From assembly GCA_963715255.1 (NCBI GenBank), contig CAVQRN010000004.1:11614-75613 (forward strand): a stretch of DNA of 64,000 nt, in the 5' to 3' direction. Each line of letters opens with the position of its first letter. Position 1 is the first letter of the stretch. The notes below the pieces were generated by a model. That model did no database searches. It was not told where the DNA came from and worked only from the letters and a program-made list of their open reading frames with translations. Below, piece after piece: positions 1 to 8,796 of this stretch. The stretch comes from an uncultured Actinomycetota bacterium (GTDB taxonomy: Bacteria > Actinomycetota > Acidimicrobiia > Spongiisociales > UBA5794). The position numbers and the translations under genes were made by a program.

Positions 1-817
1 GATAGAGGACTCGCATCCTGCCGACACGATCGGGGAGCCACCCGAGGAACACTCGTTCAAGGATGGCGACCGCCACGTAGGTCGAGAAGAACAGTCCAAC
101 GCTCCCGAACCCGGTGTCATCGACGTAGCGCCGGATGAAGACGAAGTAACCCGTGAGGACCGTCGAGAACGATCCGATCATCCACCAGATCGGCAGGAGG
201 TCCCGTTTGGTGACGATCTTCCAGAAGCCGAGCGGCAATTCGCCCGGTTTCAGCGTGGGGCGGCGTTCGGGGAGAGGGAGAGAGAGCACCAAGGTCACAG
301 CCGCAAACCCCGCGGCCGTCAGGAATAGCTCACGGAACCCGGCGATGGACAGAACGATGTCGCCGATGATGCCCGCGACTGCGATCGGGAGCAGGCCGGA
401 CACACCGAACAGGGCGATGCCCTCGGTCCTTCGGGATGCGGGGATGACGTCCGTGCCATACGTGAACAGTGCGCTGAACAGCATCGCCTCGGCGACGCCA
501 TGCCCGACTCTCACTGCGTACACCCACGGTCCGAGTGCGGAGATCGTCAGGTACAGAAGCACGAACACGACGTTCAGGATGTTCCCCACCAGGATCACGG
601 GCCTGCGACCGTGCCGATCCATGACCGTACCGAGCAATGGACGCATCGCGATCGACGCAACTGCGGTTGTTGCGTAGATCAGGCCGATCTGGGTGTCGCT
701 GGCGCCGAGATCGGCGAGATAGCCGGAGAAGTGGAGGAACAGCGCATACGCCATCCCGCTCGTGAAGTTGGCGACCGACACGAGCAAGAACGGTTTCGTG
801 AAGAGACGCTCTGTCAC
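1..817 (-). CDS. MFS-type transporter, partial (C-terminus lies beyond the left edge)
   Basis: Own minus-strand translation from GTG 817-815: VTERLFTKPFLLVSVANFTSGMAYALFLHFSGYLADLG...TVMDRHGRRPVILVGNILNVVFVLLY... It shows successive hydrophobic helices and the MFS loop motif D-R-x-G-R-R. The gene is cut by the window edge. Track ORF 153..677(+) is its antisense shadow. Confidence 0.7.
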   Translation of the reverse strand, partial: MTERLFTKPFLLVSVANFTSGMAYALFLHFSGYLADLGASDTQIGLIYATTAVASIAMRPLLGTVMDRHGRRPVILVGNILNVVFVLLYLTISALGPWVYAVRVGHGVAEAMLFSALFTYGTDVIPASRRTEGIALFGVSGLLPIAVAGIIGDIVLSIAGFRELFLTAAGFAAVTLVLSLPLPERRPTLKPGELPLGFWKIVTKRDLLPIWWMIGSFSTVLTGYFVFIRRYVDDTGFGSVGLFFSTYVAVAILERVFLGWLPDRVGRMRVLY

Positions 818-854
818 CGGCGCAGCCTATCGAACACCGCTGTCGCTGAATCTG

Positions 855-3017
855 TTACCGGAACTTCTTCTCCGGATCGGCGTGGGCACGGATGATTCCT
901 GCCGGTTCGAATCGTTCCCCGTGCTTCTCGGCCAGGGCTTCGAGTTTGGCGACGATCTCTCCTGCGCCGACCTCGTCCATCCACCAGAACGGACCGCCTC
1001 GGAACGGCGGGAATCCGAGACCCATGACGGCACCCATGTCGCCATCGAGGGCCGACTGGAGGATCCCCTCCTCGAGACAACGCGCCGCCTCGTTGACCAT
1101 CGCCAGGGCGATGCGCTCCTGGATCTCAGCCTTCGGGACCTCACGGCGCGGTCCGAGGCCGAGCGCTCGGTAGACACTCTCGTCGACCTCGCCCCGCTCT
1201 CCCTTGTCGTCGTACTCGTAGAAGCCGCGGCCGTTCTTCCGCCCCTTGCGATCGTCGTCGAGGAGGCCCTGCGCCATGTCGGGTCCGGCCATCCGCGCGC
1301 CAAACGCGTCGAGCATGATCTTCGAGATGTGTGCCCCGACGTCGATGCCAACCTCATCGGTCAACAGCAGGGGACCAATCGGGAACCCCCACTGAACCAT
1401 TGCCTTGTCGATCGCCTCGACCGAGGCGCCGTCCGACAGCAGATGGAAGGCCTCGTTCAAGTAGGGCACGAGGATCCTCGTTGTGTAGAACCCGGGCCCA
1501 TCTTTGACGACGATCACGGTCTTACCCTGGCGCTTGCCGAACTCGACGGCTGTCACGGTCGCTGAAGCTGACGTGTCCGCGGTCACGATGACCTCGAGCA
1601 GCGGCATCTTCTCGACGGGTGAGAAGTAGTGCATGCCAAGGACCGACTCGGGATGTGTGGCGTTCGCCGCGATGTCGGAGATCGGGAGCGACGACGTGTT
1701 CGAGGCGAAGACGACGTCTTCCCTGATCACGGTTTCGGCTTCGGCCAGCAGTGCCCGTTTGAGATCGAGGCTCTCGAAGACGGCCTCGATGACGATGTCG
1801 ACGTTCTGGAATCCGCTCCAATCGGTCGTACCCGTGACCTTGTTCAGGGCCTGCTCGCCCTCGAACGGCTTGAGTTGGCGCCGCTCCACCTGCTTCGACA
1901 CTTCCCTCGAGACGTGTGCCAGCGCGCGCTCGATGCCGGTGCCGTCCACCTCCCGCACCCGGACCGTGGCCCCGGCTTTCAGAACCGATACGGTCGCGAT
2001 TCCCGCGCCCATGAGGCCACCACCGAGGATCCCGACCTTGGATACCTTCTTCGGTTCGGCGTGGCCGCTGATCCCGGTTGTGTACTTCATCATCTGTGAG
2101 GCGAAGAAGATCCCACGGAGTGCCTTCGACTCGGACGAAGTGACGAGTTCACCGAAGAACGTGGCCTCCGCCTCATATCCGGCAGCGTTGCCCTGGTCGA
2201 CACCGATCTTGACAGCCTCGAGTGCCCGTTTCGGCGCCGGGTAGAGGCCCTTCGTCTTGGCGAGCATCGCCTCTTCGGCCTTCTTGAACATAACCCGGCG
2301 CCCTACCGGGTTCTGTTCGAGCGCGAGAGCCTGGAGATGGGCCGGAGCGAGGAAGCTCTTCACCGAACCGCCTCCGGATTCCCCGAGATGCCCGATCGAT
2401 CCAGAGGCTCTCTCCTTCGCGATCTCGTAGAGCATCTCGGTGGGCACAACTTCGTCGACCAGGCCGATCTTGAGGGCTTTGACGGGTCGGACGGGTCGAC
2501 CGGTGAGGATCATGTCGAGTGCCGCAGCGATACCAATGATCTTCGGGAGACGCTGTGTCCCACCCCCGGCAGGGAGGATTCCGAGTTGGACCTCGGGCTG
2601 TCCCAGCTGGGTCTTCTTGCTGCCGGTAGCGATGCGCATCGAGCCGGTCAGGGCGAGTTCGAGGCCGCCGCCGAGGCAGGCTCCGTCGATCGCCATCACG
2701 ACCGGCTTGCCGTGAACCGCGTGCAACGCCTCGATTCGGACGAACAGCGCGTGGAGTTCCCTGATCGCAGCTGCTGCCTCGTCGGGGTTGGTGAGGGTCT
2801 CGAGGAAGCGGATGTCGGCGCCGGCCAGGAAGTTCCCCTTCTTTGCAGAGCCAATCACGACCGCCTTGATCGCAGGGTCGGCCTCGATCCGGTCGATCAC
2901 CGCGGTGAAATCGTCGAAGATCGCGGGCCCGATGGTGTTCATCGGCTCGCCGGCGCGGTCGAGCAGGACGACGGCGACGCCGTTCTCGACGTTGAACGTG
3001 AAATGCGTGAGTTCCAT
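855..3017 (-). CDS. fadB: fatty-acid oxidation multifunctional protein (enoyl-CoA hydratase / 3-hydroxyacyl-CoA dehydrogenase)
   Basis: Track ORF 855..3071 (738 aa). N-terminal crotonase fold, then an NAD-binding 3-hydroxyacyl-CoA dehydrogenase domain (VGILGGGLMGAGIA). Start moved to MELTHFTF (ATG 3017) because the upstream thiolase stops at 3028. Confidence 0.9.
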   Translation of the reverse strand: MELTHFTFNVENGVAVVLLDRAGEPMNTIGPAIFDDFTAVIDRIEADPAIKAVVIGSAKKGNFLAGADIRFLETLTNPDEAAAAIRELHALFVRIEALHAVHGKPVVMAIDGACLGGGLELALTGSMRIATGSKKTQLGQPEVQLGILPAGGGTQRLPKIIGIAAALDMILTGRPVRPVKALKIGLVDEVVPTEMLYEIAKERASGSIGHLGESGGGSVKSFLAPAHLQALALEQNPVGRRVMFKKAEEAMLAKTKGLYPAPKRALEAVKIGVDQGNAAGYEAEATFFGELVTSSESKALRGIFFASQMMKYTTGISGHAEPKKVSKVGILGGGLMGAGIATVSVLKAGATVRVREVDGTGIERALAHVSREVSKQVERRQLKPFEGEQALNKVTGTTDWSGFQNVDIVIEAVFESLDLKRALLAEAETVIREDVVFASNTSSLPISDIAANATHPESVLGMHYFSPVEKMPLLEVIVTADTSASATVTAVEFGKRQGKTVIVVKDGPGFYTTRILVPYLNEAFHLLSDGASVEAIDKAMVQWGFPIGPLLLTDEVGIDVGAHISKIMLDAFGARMAGPDMAQGLLDDDRKGRKNGRGFYEYDDKGERGEVDESVYRALGLGPRREVPKAEIQERIALAMVNEAARCLEEGILQSALDGDMGAVMGLGFPPFRGGPFWWMDEVGAGEIVAKLEALAEKHGERFEPAGIIRAHADPEKKFR

Positions 3018-3027
3018 GTCTTCCTCT

Positions 3028-4342
3028 CTACCGCTCGAGTACGACGGCAGCACCGAGACCACCCGCTGCACATTGTGTGACGAGAGCCGTGCCCCCGTCT
3101 CGCCTGGCCAGTTCGTTGGCCATCGTCAGGATCTGACGGGTTCCGGTCGCACCGAAGGGATGGCCGAGACTGATCGATCCTCCGTAGAGGTTGAACTTCT
3201 CCTCTGGGATCTCACCGATTGCCTCATCCTTGCCGAGCCATCGCTTCGCCCACTCGGCCGATGCGAATGCCTGCGTGTTCGACAGGACCTGCGCGGCGAA
3301 TGCCTCGTGCATGTCGATCACGTCGATGTCGTCGAGCGTCAACTGCGCCTTCTCGAGGGCCTTCGGAGTCGCGAACGACGGACCCATCAGCAGTTGCCAA
3401 TTCGGATCGAGTGCCGCGAACGCCCAGGATCGAATGAAGGCCCTGGGCACGAGACCGAGTCGCTCGGCCGTCTTCTCCTCCATGAGGATCACGGCGGATG
3501 CGCCATCGGTCAGTGGAGACGAGTTTCCTGCAGTGATCGTTCCGTAGGTTCGGTCGAATACCGGACGCAGCTTCGCGAGCGCCTCCATGTTCGAGTCGGC
3601 GCGAGGGATGTTGTCTCGAGTAACGGTCATCTTGAAACTCGGTCCGATGGGGAAGGGCATCACCTCATCGTCGAAGATCCCGTTTTCCCACGCGGCGATC
3701 GCCTTCTGATGGGAGCGGAGTGCGAATTCGTCCTGGGCCTCGCGGGTGATTCCGTTCTCCTTGGCCATGATCTCGCCGGACCCGCCCATCGTCAACCCGG
3801 TAGACCGTTCGGCGATTGCCGGTGGTTGCGGGGCGAGGTCCTTCGGTCGCAGTGCCGAGAACGCCTTCACCTTGCTACCGATGTCCTTCGCCGCGTTGGC
3901 ATCCAGGAGGACGTCGACGAAGCGATCCGAGTACATGACGGGAGGCCTCGACACTGAATCGGCGCCACCTGCGACCACGATGTCGGCGTCGCCGAGGAGG
4001 ATCGACTGGGCGCCCGAGACGACTGCCTGAGTCGACGTCGCGGCAGGCGCGGCTCACGGAGAACGCCTCGACGGTCTGAGGGAAGTCGCCGGCGAGGACA
4101 ATCTCCCTGGCGATATTCGGACCGGCAACATCGGCGACGACTGCCCCGTAGACGACCTGATCGACCTGGCCGCCTTCGACGCCGGATCGCTGGAGCAACT
4201 CATTGACAACAGCGGATGCCAGATCGAGCGCGGACAGATCTTTGAATGCCGTTCCCGACTTGACGAACGGCGTACGAAGACCGTCGACGATCGCGACTCG
4301 GCGTCCGTCAACCACGCCGGGATGCTTCGCGGTCATGGGCAC
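3028..4342 (-). CDS. fadA: acetyl-CoA acyltransferase (thiolase), frameshifted near 4042
   Basis: ORFs 3875..4342 and 3028..3978 are the N- and C-terminal parts of one thiolase. ...EAFSVSRAC continues in another frame as ATSTQAVVSGAQSILLGDADIVVAGGADSVS. C-terminal thiolase motifs GHPFGATG and CAAGGLG are present. The junction tgc-c-gcg is consistent with one extra base just after the catalytic Cys. Confidence 0.85.
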
Positions 4343-4412
4343 TCCTTCGGGTAGGTACTCCCCGTATTCTCGCGCACCAATGCGGGTGTGACGGCGGTGT
4401 GTTCCCTGAACG

Positions 4413-4446
4413 AAGAGAGCCGCCCCGATTTCGGAGCGGCTCTCTT
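4413..4446 (-). terminator. GC-rich hairpin downstream of the sigma-factor gene
   Basis: aagagagccgc (4413-4423) pairs perfectly with gcggctctctt (4436-4446). An inner ccg/cgg pair lies in the loop. It sits 22 nt after the sigma stop (4468). No long U tract. Confidence 0.55.
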
Positions 4447-4467
4447 GCTGAGATGGGGTCTGAGGGA

Positions 4468-5412
4468 CTAGAAGTCCATCGCGTCTTCCCGGAGACCGAA
4501 CGCCGGGTGGCGGAGCTTCGAGAGAGCGAGTTTCTCGATCGACCGGACCCGGGTCGGGCCGAGACCGAGATTTCCGCCGATCTCCTCATGGGTGCGGGGG
4601 AGACCGTCTTCGAATCCGACCCGCATCGACAGGATGTAGGCCTCACGCTGGGGGAGGCGGTTGATCGCTTCCCGGAGTGATTCGATGGCACTGGCTCTCT
4701 CGGTCTCGCGAACCGGGTCTTCCTCGTCGTGGTGTGCGACGAAGTCGCCGAGGACGGCGCCGTCTTCACCGACGGGTGCTTCGAGCGACACGGAGTCGTT
4801 GACGAGTTGCGCCTCGACGACGGCATCGAACGTGAGACCGGACTCCTCGGCAAGCTCCTGCGGTGTCGGCTCCCGGCCGAGCTCGGAGAGCAGACGGTTG
4901 CGGGTGCTGTTGAGTGTGACGAGGGTGTCGTGGAGCGAGTTCGGGAGACGCACGGTGCGGGACTTTTCAGCCACGGCACGCTGCATCGACTGACGGATCC
5001 ACCAGGTCGCGTAGGTCGAGAATTTGAAGCCCCTGCGCCAGTCGAACTTCTCAACGGCACGAATGAGCCCGAGGTTCCCTTCCTGGATGAGGTCGATGAA
5101 CTCGATGCCGTACTGGCTGCGGTACCGCTTCGCCTGGCTGACGACGAGACGGAGATTCGCCTGAGCGAAGCGCTCGCGAGCTTCGAGGCCCTTGCGCACC
5201 GTTCGCTGGAGCCGAACCTTCTCGGCGCCTCGCACCGAAACGGTCGCGAGCTGTTCTTCTGCTACCCGACCGGCTTCGATCGCCTGGGCGAGTTCGACTT
5301 CCTCATCTGCGGTGAGCAGGTCGTGGTATGAAATCTCTTGGAGGTAGCGGGTCAAGCCGTCGCCCATTTCGAGCGGTTGACCGACCATTCGCGTCTTCTC
5401 TGCCGTCTTCAT
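4468..5412 (-). CDS. RNA polymerase sigma-70 family factor (group-2 / SigB-HrdB-like)
   Basis: ORF 4468..5478 contains sigma regions 1.2-4: DLIQEGNLGLIRAVEKFD, FSTYATWWIRQ, and a C-terminal HTH EEIGGNLGLGPTRVRSIEKLAL. Start set to MKTAEK (ATG 5412), preceded by aagga. Confidence 0.9.
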   Translation of the reverse strand: MKTAEKTRMVGQPLEMGDGLTRYLQEISYHDLLTADEEVELAQAIEAGRVAEEQLATVSVRGAEKVRLQRTVRKGLEARERFAQANLRLVVSQAKRYRSQYGIEFIDLIQEGNLGLIRAVEKFDWRRGFKFSTYATWWIRQSMQRAVAEKSRTVRLPNSLHDTLVTLNSTRNRLLSELGREPTPQELAEESGLTFDAVVEAQLVNDSVSLEAPVGEDGAVLGDFVAHHDEEDPVRETERASAIESLREAINRLPQREAYILSMRVGFEDGLPRTHEEIGGNLGLGPTRVRSIEKLALSKLRHPAFGLREDAMDF

Positions 5413-5606
5413 GTTTGTGAAATCCTTCACTTGTTGGTTCGCGTGTGAGCGCTGAGGGTCTTGGAGATTCGGCCCCATTGGCTCCAGCGTCCTTCATTGG
5501 ACGCTTCGACCACAGCGTTTGGTTCCCGGCCGTCGGGTTTCGTGAAGGAACAACGCTCTCAACAACGGAGGGGTTCCCGAGTACCGATCGGCTCGTTCGA
5601 GCACCT

Positions 5607-5635
5607 AATATGACACAACTTCACTCAAACTTCAA
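5607..5635 (-). promoter_or_regulatory. candidate sigma-70-type promoter for the sigma-factor gene
   Basis: On the minus strand: TTGAAG (5635-5630), a 17-nt spacer, then CATATT (5612-5607). It lies in a conspicuously A/T-rich island and would give a roughly 190-nt leader. Pattern match only. Confidence 0.3.
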
Positions 5636-5746
5636 GTCCAGATCGCGAATCTGGTCCCGGTGGCTGGTCGTACCCTCGCGACATGACCGACTTCGACACC
5701 CTGGCTGCCCTCGTCGAGGTGGCCGAGAACCTACATCGTCGGCTGA

Positions 5747-5824
5747 TCAGACTGCTCGCGGGTCGATCGATCTGAGCCCCGGGAAGCGAGCAAAGTCGCC
5801 GTCCGTCGACACCCACTCGTCTAG
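5747..5824 (-). pseudogene. remnant of a PIN-domain (VapC-type) toxin: C-terminal ~25 codons only
   Basis: The frame overlapping the antitoxin stop reads LDEWVSTDGDFARFPGLRSIDPRAV*. DFARFPGL is the typical C-terminal end of VapC/PIN toxins. Upstream in this frame there is a stop and no N-terminal PIN sequence. Confidence 0.45.
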
Positions 5825-6066
5825 CGCGTGCTCATGAGATCGAGGAGGGCTGCCGAGTCGTCGAGGTCGACGCCGGGGAAGACGCCGTCACGCTTCAAGA
5901 TCAATTCACCGGAAGCGTCAGGGACGTTGGCACACGCGGTCGTCACGAGGTAGTGACGGAGCGCATCGTCGACGAAGGAATTCACGCTCTTTCCCTCGGC
6001 CGTCGCCCTGGCCTTGACCGCCGCATGCAGATCGTCTTCGATGCTGATGGTGGTCTCCATGTCCAC
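5821..6066 (-). CDS. type II antitoxin, ribbon-helix-helix / VapB-like
   Basis: 81-aa ORF. The N-terminus (TISIEDDLHAAVKARATAEGKSVNSFVDDALRHYL) fits an RHH fold. The C-terminal tail (LKRDGVFPGVDLDDSAALLDLMS) is typical of VapB-family toxin-binding tails. Confidence 0.7.
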   Translation of the reverse strand: MDMETTISIEDDLHAAVKARATAEGKSVNSFVDDALRHYLVTTACANVPDASGELILKRDGVFPGVDLDDSAALLDLMSTR

Positions 6067-6091
6067 ACGCTACGCCAGGACCCTCGGAGCG

Positions 6092-7184
6092 TCAACGGTG
6101 GGTGAATTGACCGGCCCGAATGATCACGCGTGGATCGAGCAGCGTCTCGAGGTGGTTCCCCGGGTCTTCACGGACGAAGACCGCGTCGGCGGGCATCCCC
6201 GGAATGAAGCCGTGATCCACACCGAGATAGTCGTATGCGGCGGTGCTGACTGCATGGAGAGCCGCCGGCTTCGAGAGGCCGAGACCGTGGAGACGGATCG
6301 CCTCATGGGCGACCTTGCCGTGGGGAATGGCGAGGTCGGTGCCGGTGAGTACGGTGACACCGAGACGTTCGGCCTCCGGGAGCAGTTCCCGCATGTTGTC
6401 GACGCCACTGGACAGGAGTCGCCCGCCCGAACTGTCAGCGCCGAGAAACTCGATGATCGCCTCAGCACCGAGAACGGTCGGCACCCACGCCCCGCCGCGT
6501 GCGGCGATTCCCGCCAGGTCATCCGCTGACAGGAACAGTCCGTGTTCGATCGAGTCGACGCCCGCTGCGACCGCCGGTCCGATCCCCTCCGGGGCCATGG
6601 TGTGGATCGCCACTCGTCGTCCTGCGGCGTGAGCCACCTCGACCGCTTTGGTCAGCGCCGCCTCGCCGTAGTTCGCCTTGGGGCCGATGCCCTTGCGCGG
6701 CCAGTCGCCGATGATCTTCACCCACGACGCACGGGTCCCGGCCGCTCTACGCACGGCATCGACGAGGCCTTCCTCGTCCACCTCATGGCCGTAGCCGGGG
6801 TAGTACCCGCCTGGTGGGGCGATGATCCGGCCCGCCATCTGGATCTCCGGCCGTTCGGTCGGCGGGGCATCGAGGATCTCGAGAGAGGCGTCGCTTGACG
6901 ATCCCTTGTCGGCGATCAGGAGGACGCCGCCCTCGACCTGCATCCAGGCGTTGGTGACGCCGTTGGACCGGATCTCGTCGTCGGTGATATGTGTCATCTC
7001 GCCAACCTGAGTCAGGCCAACGTGCGCGTGACAGTCTGCGAGGCCGGGCAATGCATAGAGGTGACCGGTCCGAATCTCCCGATCGATCGGGGCCGTCGTC
7101 GGCATCCGAGAACCGGTCTCCTTCGATGACGAGTGGGATTGGCCCTTTGCCCGGCTCTCGGATGGTGACCAGCGTGCGCATCAC
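6092..7184 (-). CDS. metal-dependent amidohydrolase family protein, probable frameshift near 7100
   Basis: ORF 6092..7105 has the ALPGLADCHAHV metal-binding motif and an amidohydrolase body. The expected N-terminal beta-sandwich (MRTLVTIREPGKGPIPLVIEGDRFSDA) lies in ORF 6783..7184 in another frame. The junction gat-gcc-g-acg-acg fits one extra base. Confidence 0.75.
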
Positions 7185-7260
7185 CGGCAGCGTAGAGCCT
7201 CAGGCGATCGGGATCGGTCCTCCGGTGGGTCGACCGAATCCGAGGATCCTTCTCCGGACT

Positions 7261-8796
7261 CTACGGCTCCCCGGCGCTCCGACCGACGATCACCGGGTCG
7301 AGGTGCCCGTCCCCGTCGACATCGGCGCATCCGATCGTTCCGGGTCCGGAGAGGTCGGATTCGAGCACGAAGCCGAATCCGCTCCACACGCCCACACCGG
7401 TGCTGATCACCGTGTCGTCGTCGAGTGCTGTGTAGGCGAAGGCGGCTCCGCCGTCGCACGCCGCGACGTAACCGACCGGGTGCGGGGGACGGCGTGACAG
7501 CCAGATCGGGGACCCGTCGGCTGCGATTACACCGAGGTGCGCGGACAAACCTGAGGCGTCGGTCGGCGGCGGCGGAGCGGGATCACCCGATTTGTCCCGC
7601 GGAGGATGACGGTAGGAGACGAGGACCTCGGGAGTCCCGTCTCCATCGAGATCGCTGGTGCCGGCGTTGACAACGGTGCCTTCGGAGAACGAAGGGAGGT
7701 CGATCGAGGTATCAACGAGGGCGACCGGGCGGTCGAGATTCCACAATCCGCCGGCGACGAGGGCGGCATCACCGTCCGGAGGACGCCACCCGTTGAAGTG
7801 AACGCGGAGATCGTGGTGGTCGACGTCACCGACGCGGTGGGCGACGACCCCGCTCCGATCGACGAGCACTGCGAGGAGAATCCCGGAGTCGGTGCCGGGC
7901 CTCTGCTGATCGAAGAGGAAGTTGCCCAGAGACGTGCCGATCAGGGTCGGCCGCCCGACGCTATTCGGGTCGGTGACCGAGATCGGCTGCTCGACGTGCG
8001 GCCCGTGGCCCCACACGACGTCTGCGCCCATGGCGGCGAGTTCGTCGGCGATCGGACCGAGCAGCGGATCCGGGCGTGTCCGGTATTCGACACCTCCGTG
8101 GAGTCCGACGATGACGACGTCGGCGACGGAACGAGCCGCGACAATCGCCGATCGTGCACGGTCCGGATCCCAGGACGCGACACCGGGTCCCGACGCGGTC
8201 GCGGCCAGACCTTGCCGGGAGCCGTCGATTGCGAGGAAGGCGATCTTGACACCTCCCGTCTCGACAATCACCGGTGCCCACGCCCCGGTCAGGTTGATCC
8301 CACCACCAACCACTCGCATGCCCGCGTCGCCGATGGCGCCCACGGAGTCGACGACGGACAGCGGTCCGGCGTCGCCGGCATGGTTGTTGGCGATACCGGC
8401 GACGTCGAAGCCTGCGGCGGCGAGCAGAGTTGCGCGCTGCGGATTGGCTTCCAGTGCGTAGGGGTTGGGCGAGGTATGGGGGCGATCCGTGAGCGGCGAT
8501 TCGACGTTCACGGCGGCGATATCGGCCTGCCGAATCTCACGGCGAACGTCGACGAACAGCCCGTCGGGATCGGCGGCCGCGACCGGTGCAACGTTCCGGC
8601 CGAGCATCGCATCACCCGCGAGAAGCACGGTGACCGCGGTCGGCCCGATCGGAGGCGGTGCAGCGGTATCGCCGGCCGGCGCGACGCCGCACGACCCGCA
8701 GAGGAGTGCTGCGACGAGCCAGAAGGTCAGCCGAGTTCGTCGGTCCACCACGATGGCCGTTCCGGGAGGTCTCCTGCGACGATGCGGTCGCGCCAT
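7261..8796 (-). CDS. CapA-family (PGA_cap metallophosphoesterase-like) lipoprotein fused to C-terminal FG-GAP/VCBS-like repeats
   Basis: 511-aa ORF. Signal with lipobox-like LLCGSCG. CapA motifs LLAGDAMLGR, ANNHAGD, GLHGGVEY. C-terminal DLDGDGTPE and DVDGDGHLD repeats. The start may instead be a GTG at 8751/8748. Either way it overlaps the end of the upstream gene (stop 8727). Confidence 0.8.
   Translation of the reverse strand: MARPHRRRRPPGTAIVVDRRTRLTFWLVAALLCGSCGVAPAGDTAAPPPIGPTAVTVLLAGDAMLGRNVAPVAAADPDGLFVDVRREIRQADIAAVNVESPLTDRPHTSPNPYALEANPQRATLLAAAGFDVAGIANNHAGDAGPLSVVDSVGAIGDAGMRVVGGGINLTGAWAPVIVETGGVKIAFLAIDGSRQGLAATASGPGVASWDPDRARSAIVAARSVADVVIVGLHGGVEYRTRPDPLLGPIADELAAMGADVVWGHGPHVEQPISVTDPNSVGRPTLIGTSLGNFLFDQQRPGTDSGILLAVLVDRSGVVAHRVGDVDHHDLRVHFNGWRPPDGDAALVAGGLWNLDRPVALVDTSIDLPSFSEGTVVNAGTSDLDGDGTPEVLVSYRHPPRDKSGDPAPPPPTDASGLSAHLGVIAADGSPIWLSRRPPHPVGYVAACDGGAAFAYTALDDDTVISTGVGVWSGFGFVLESDLSGPGTIGCADVDGDGHLDPVIVGRSAGEP

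Noticed and set aside
5683-5775. Small plus-strand ORF MTDFDTLAALVEVAENLHRRLIRLLAGRSI, opposite the PIN remnant.
   Set aside because: It is 30 aa with no RBS and lies antisense to sequence with a better explanation (the VapC C-terminal remnant). Probably fortuitous.
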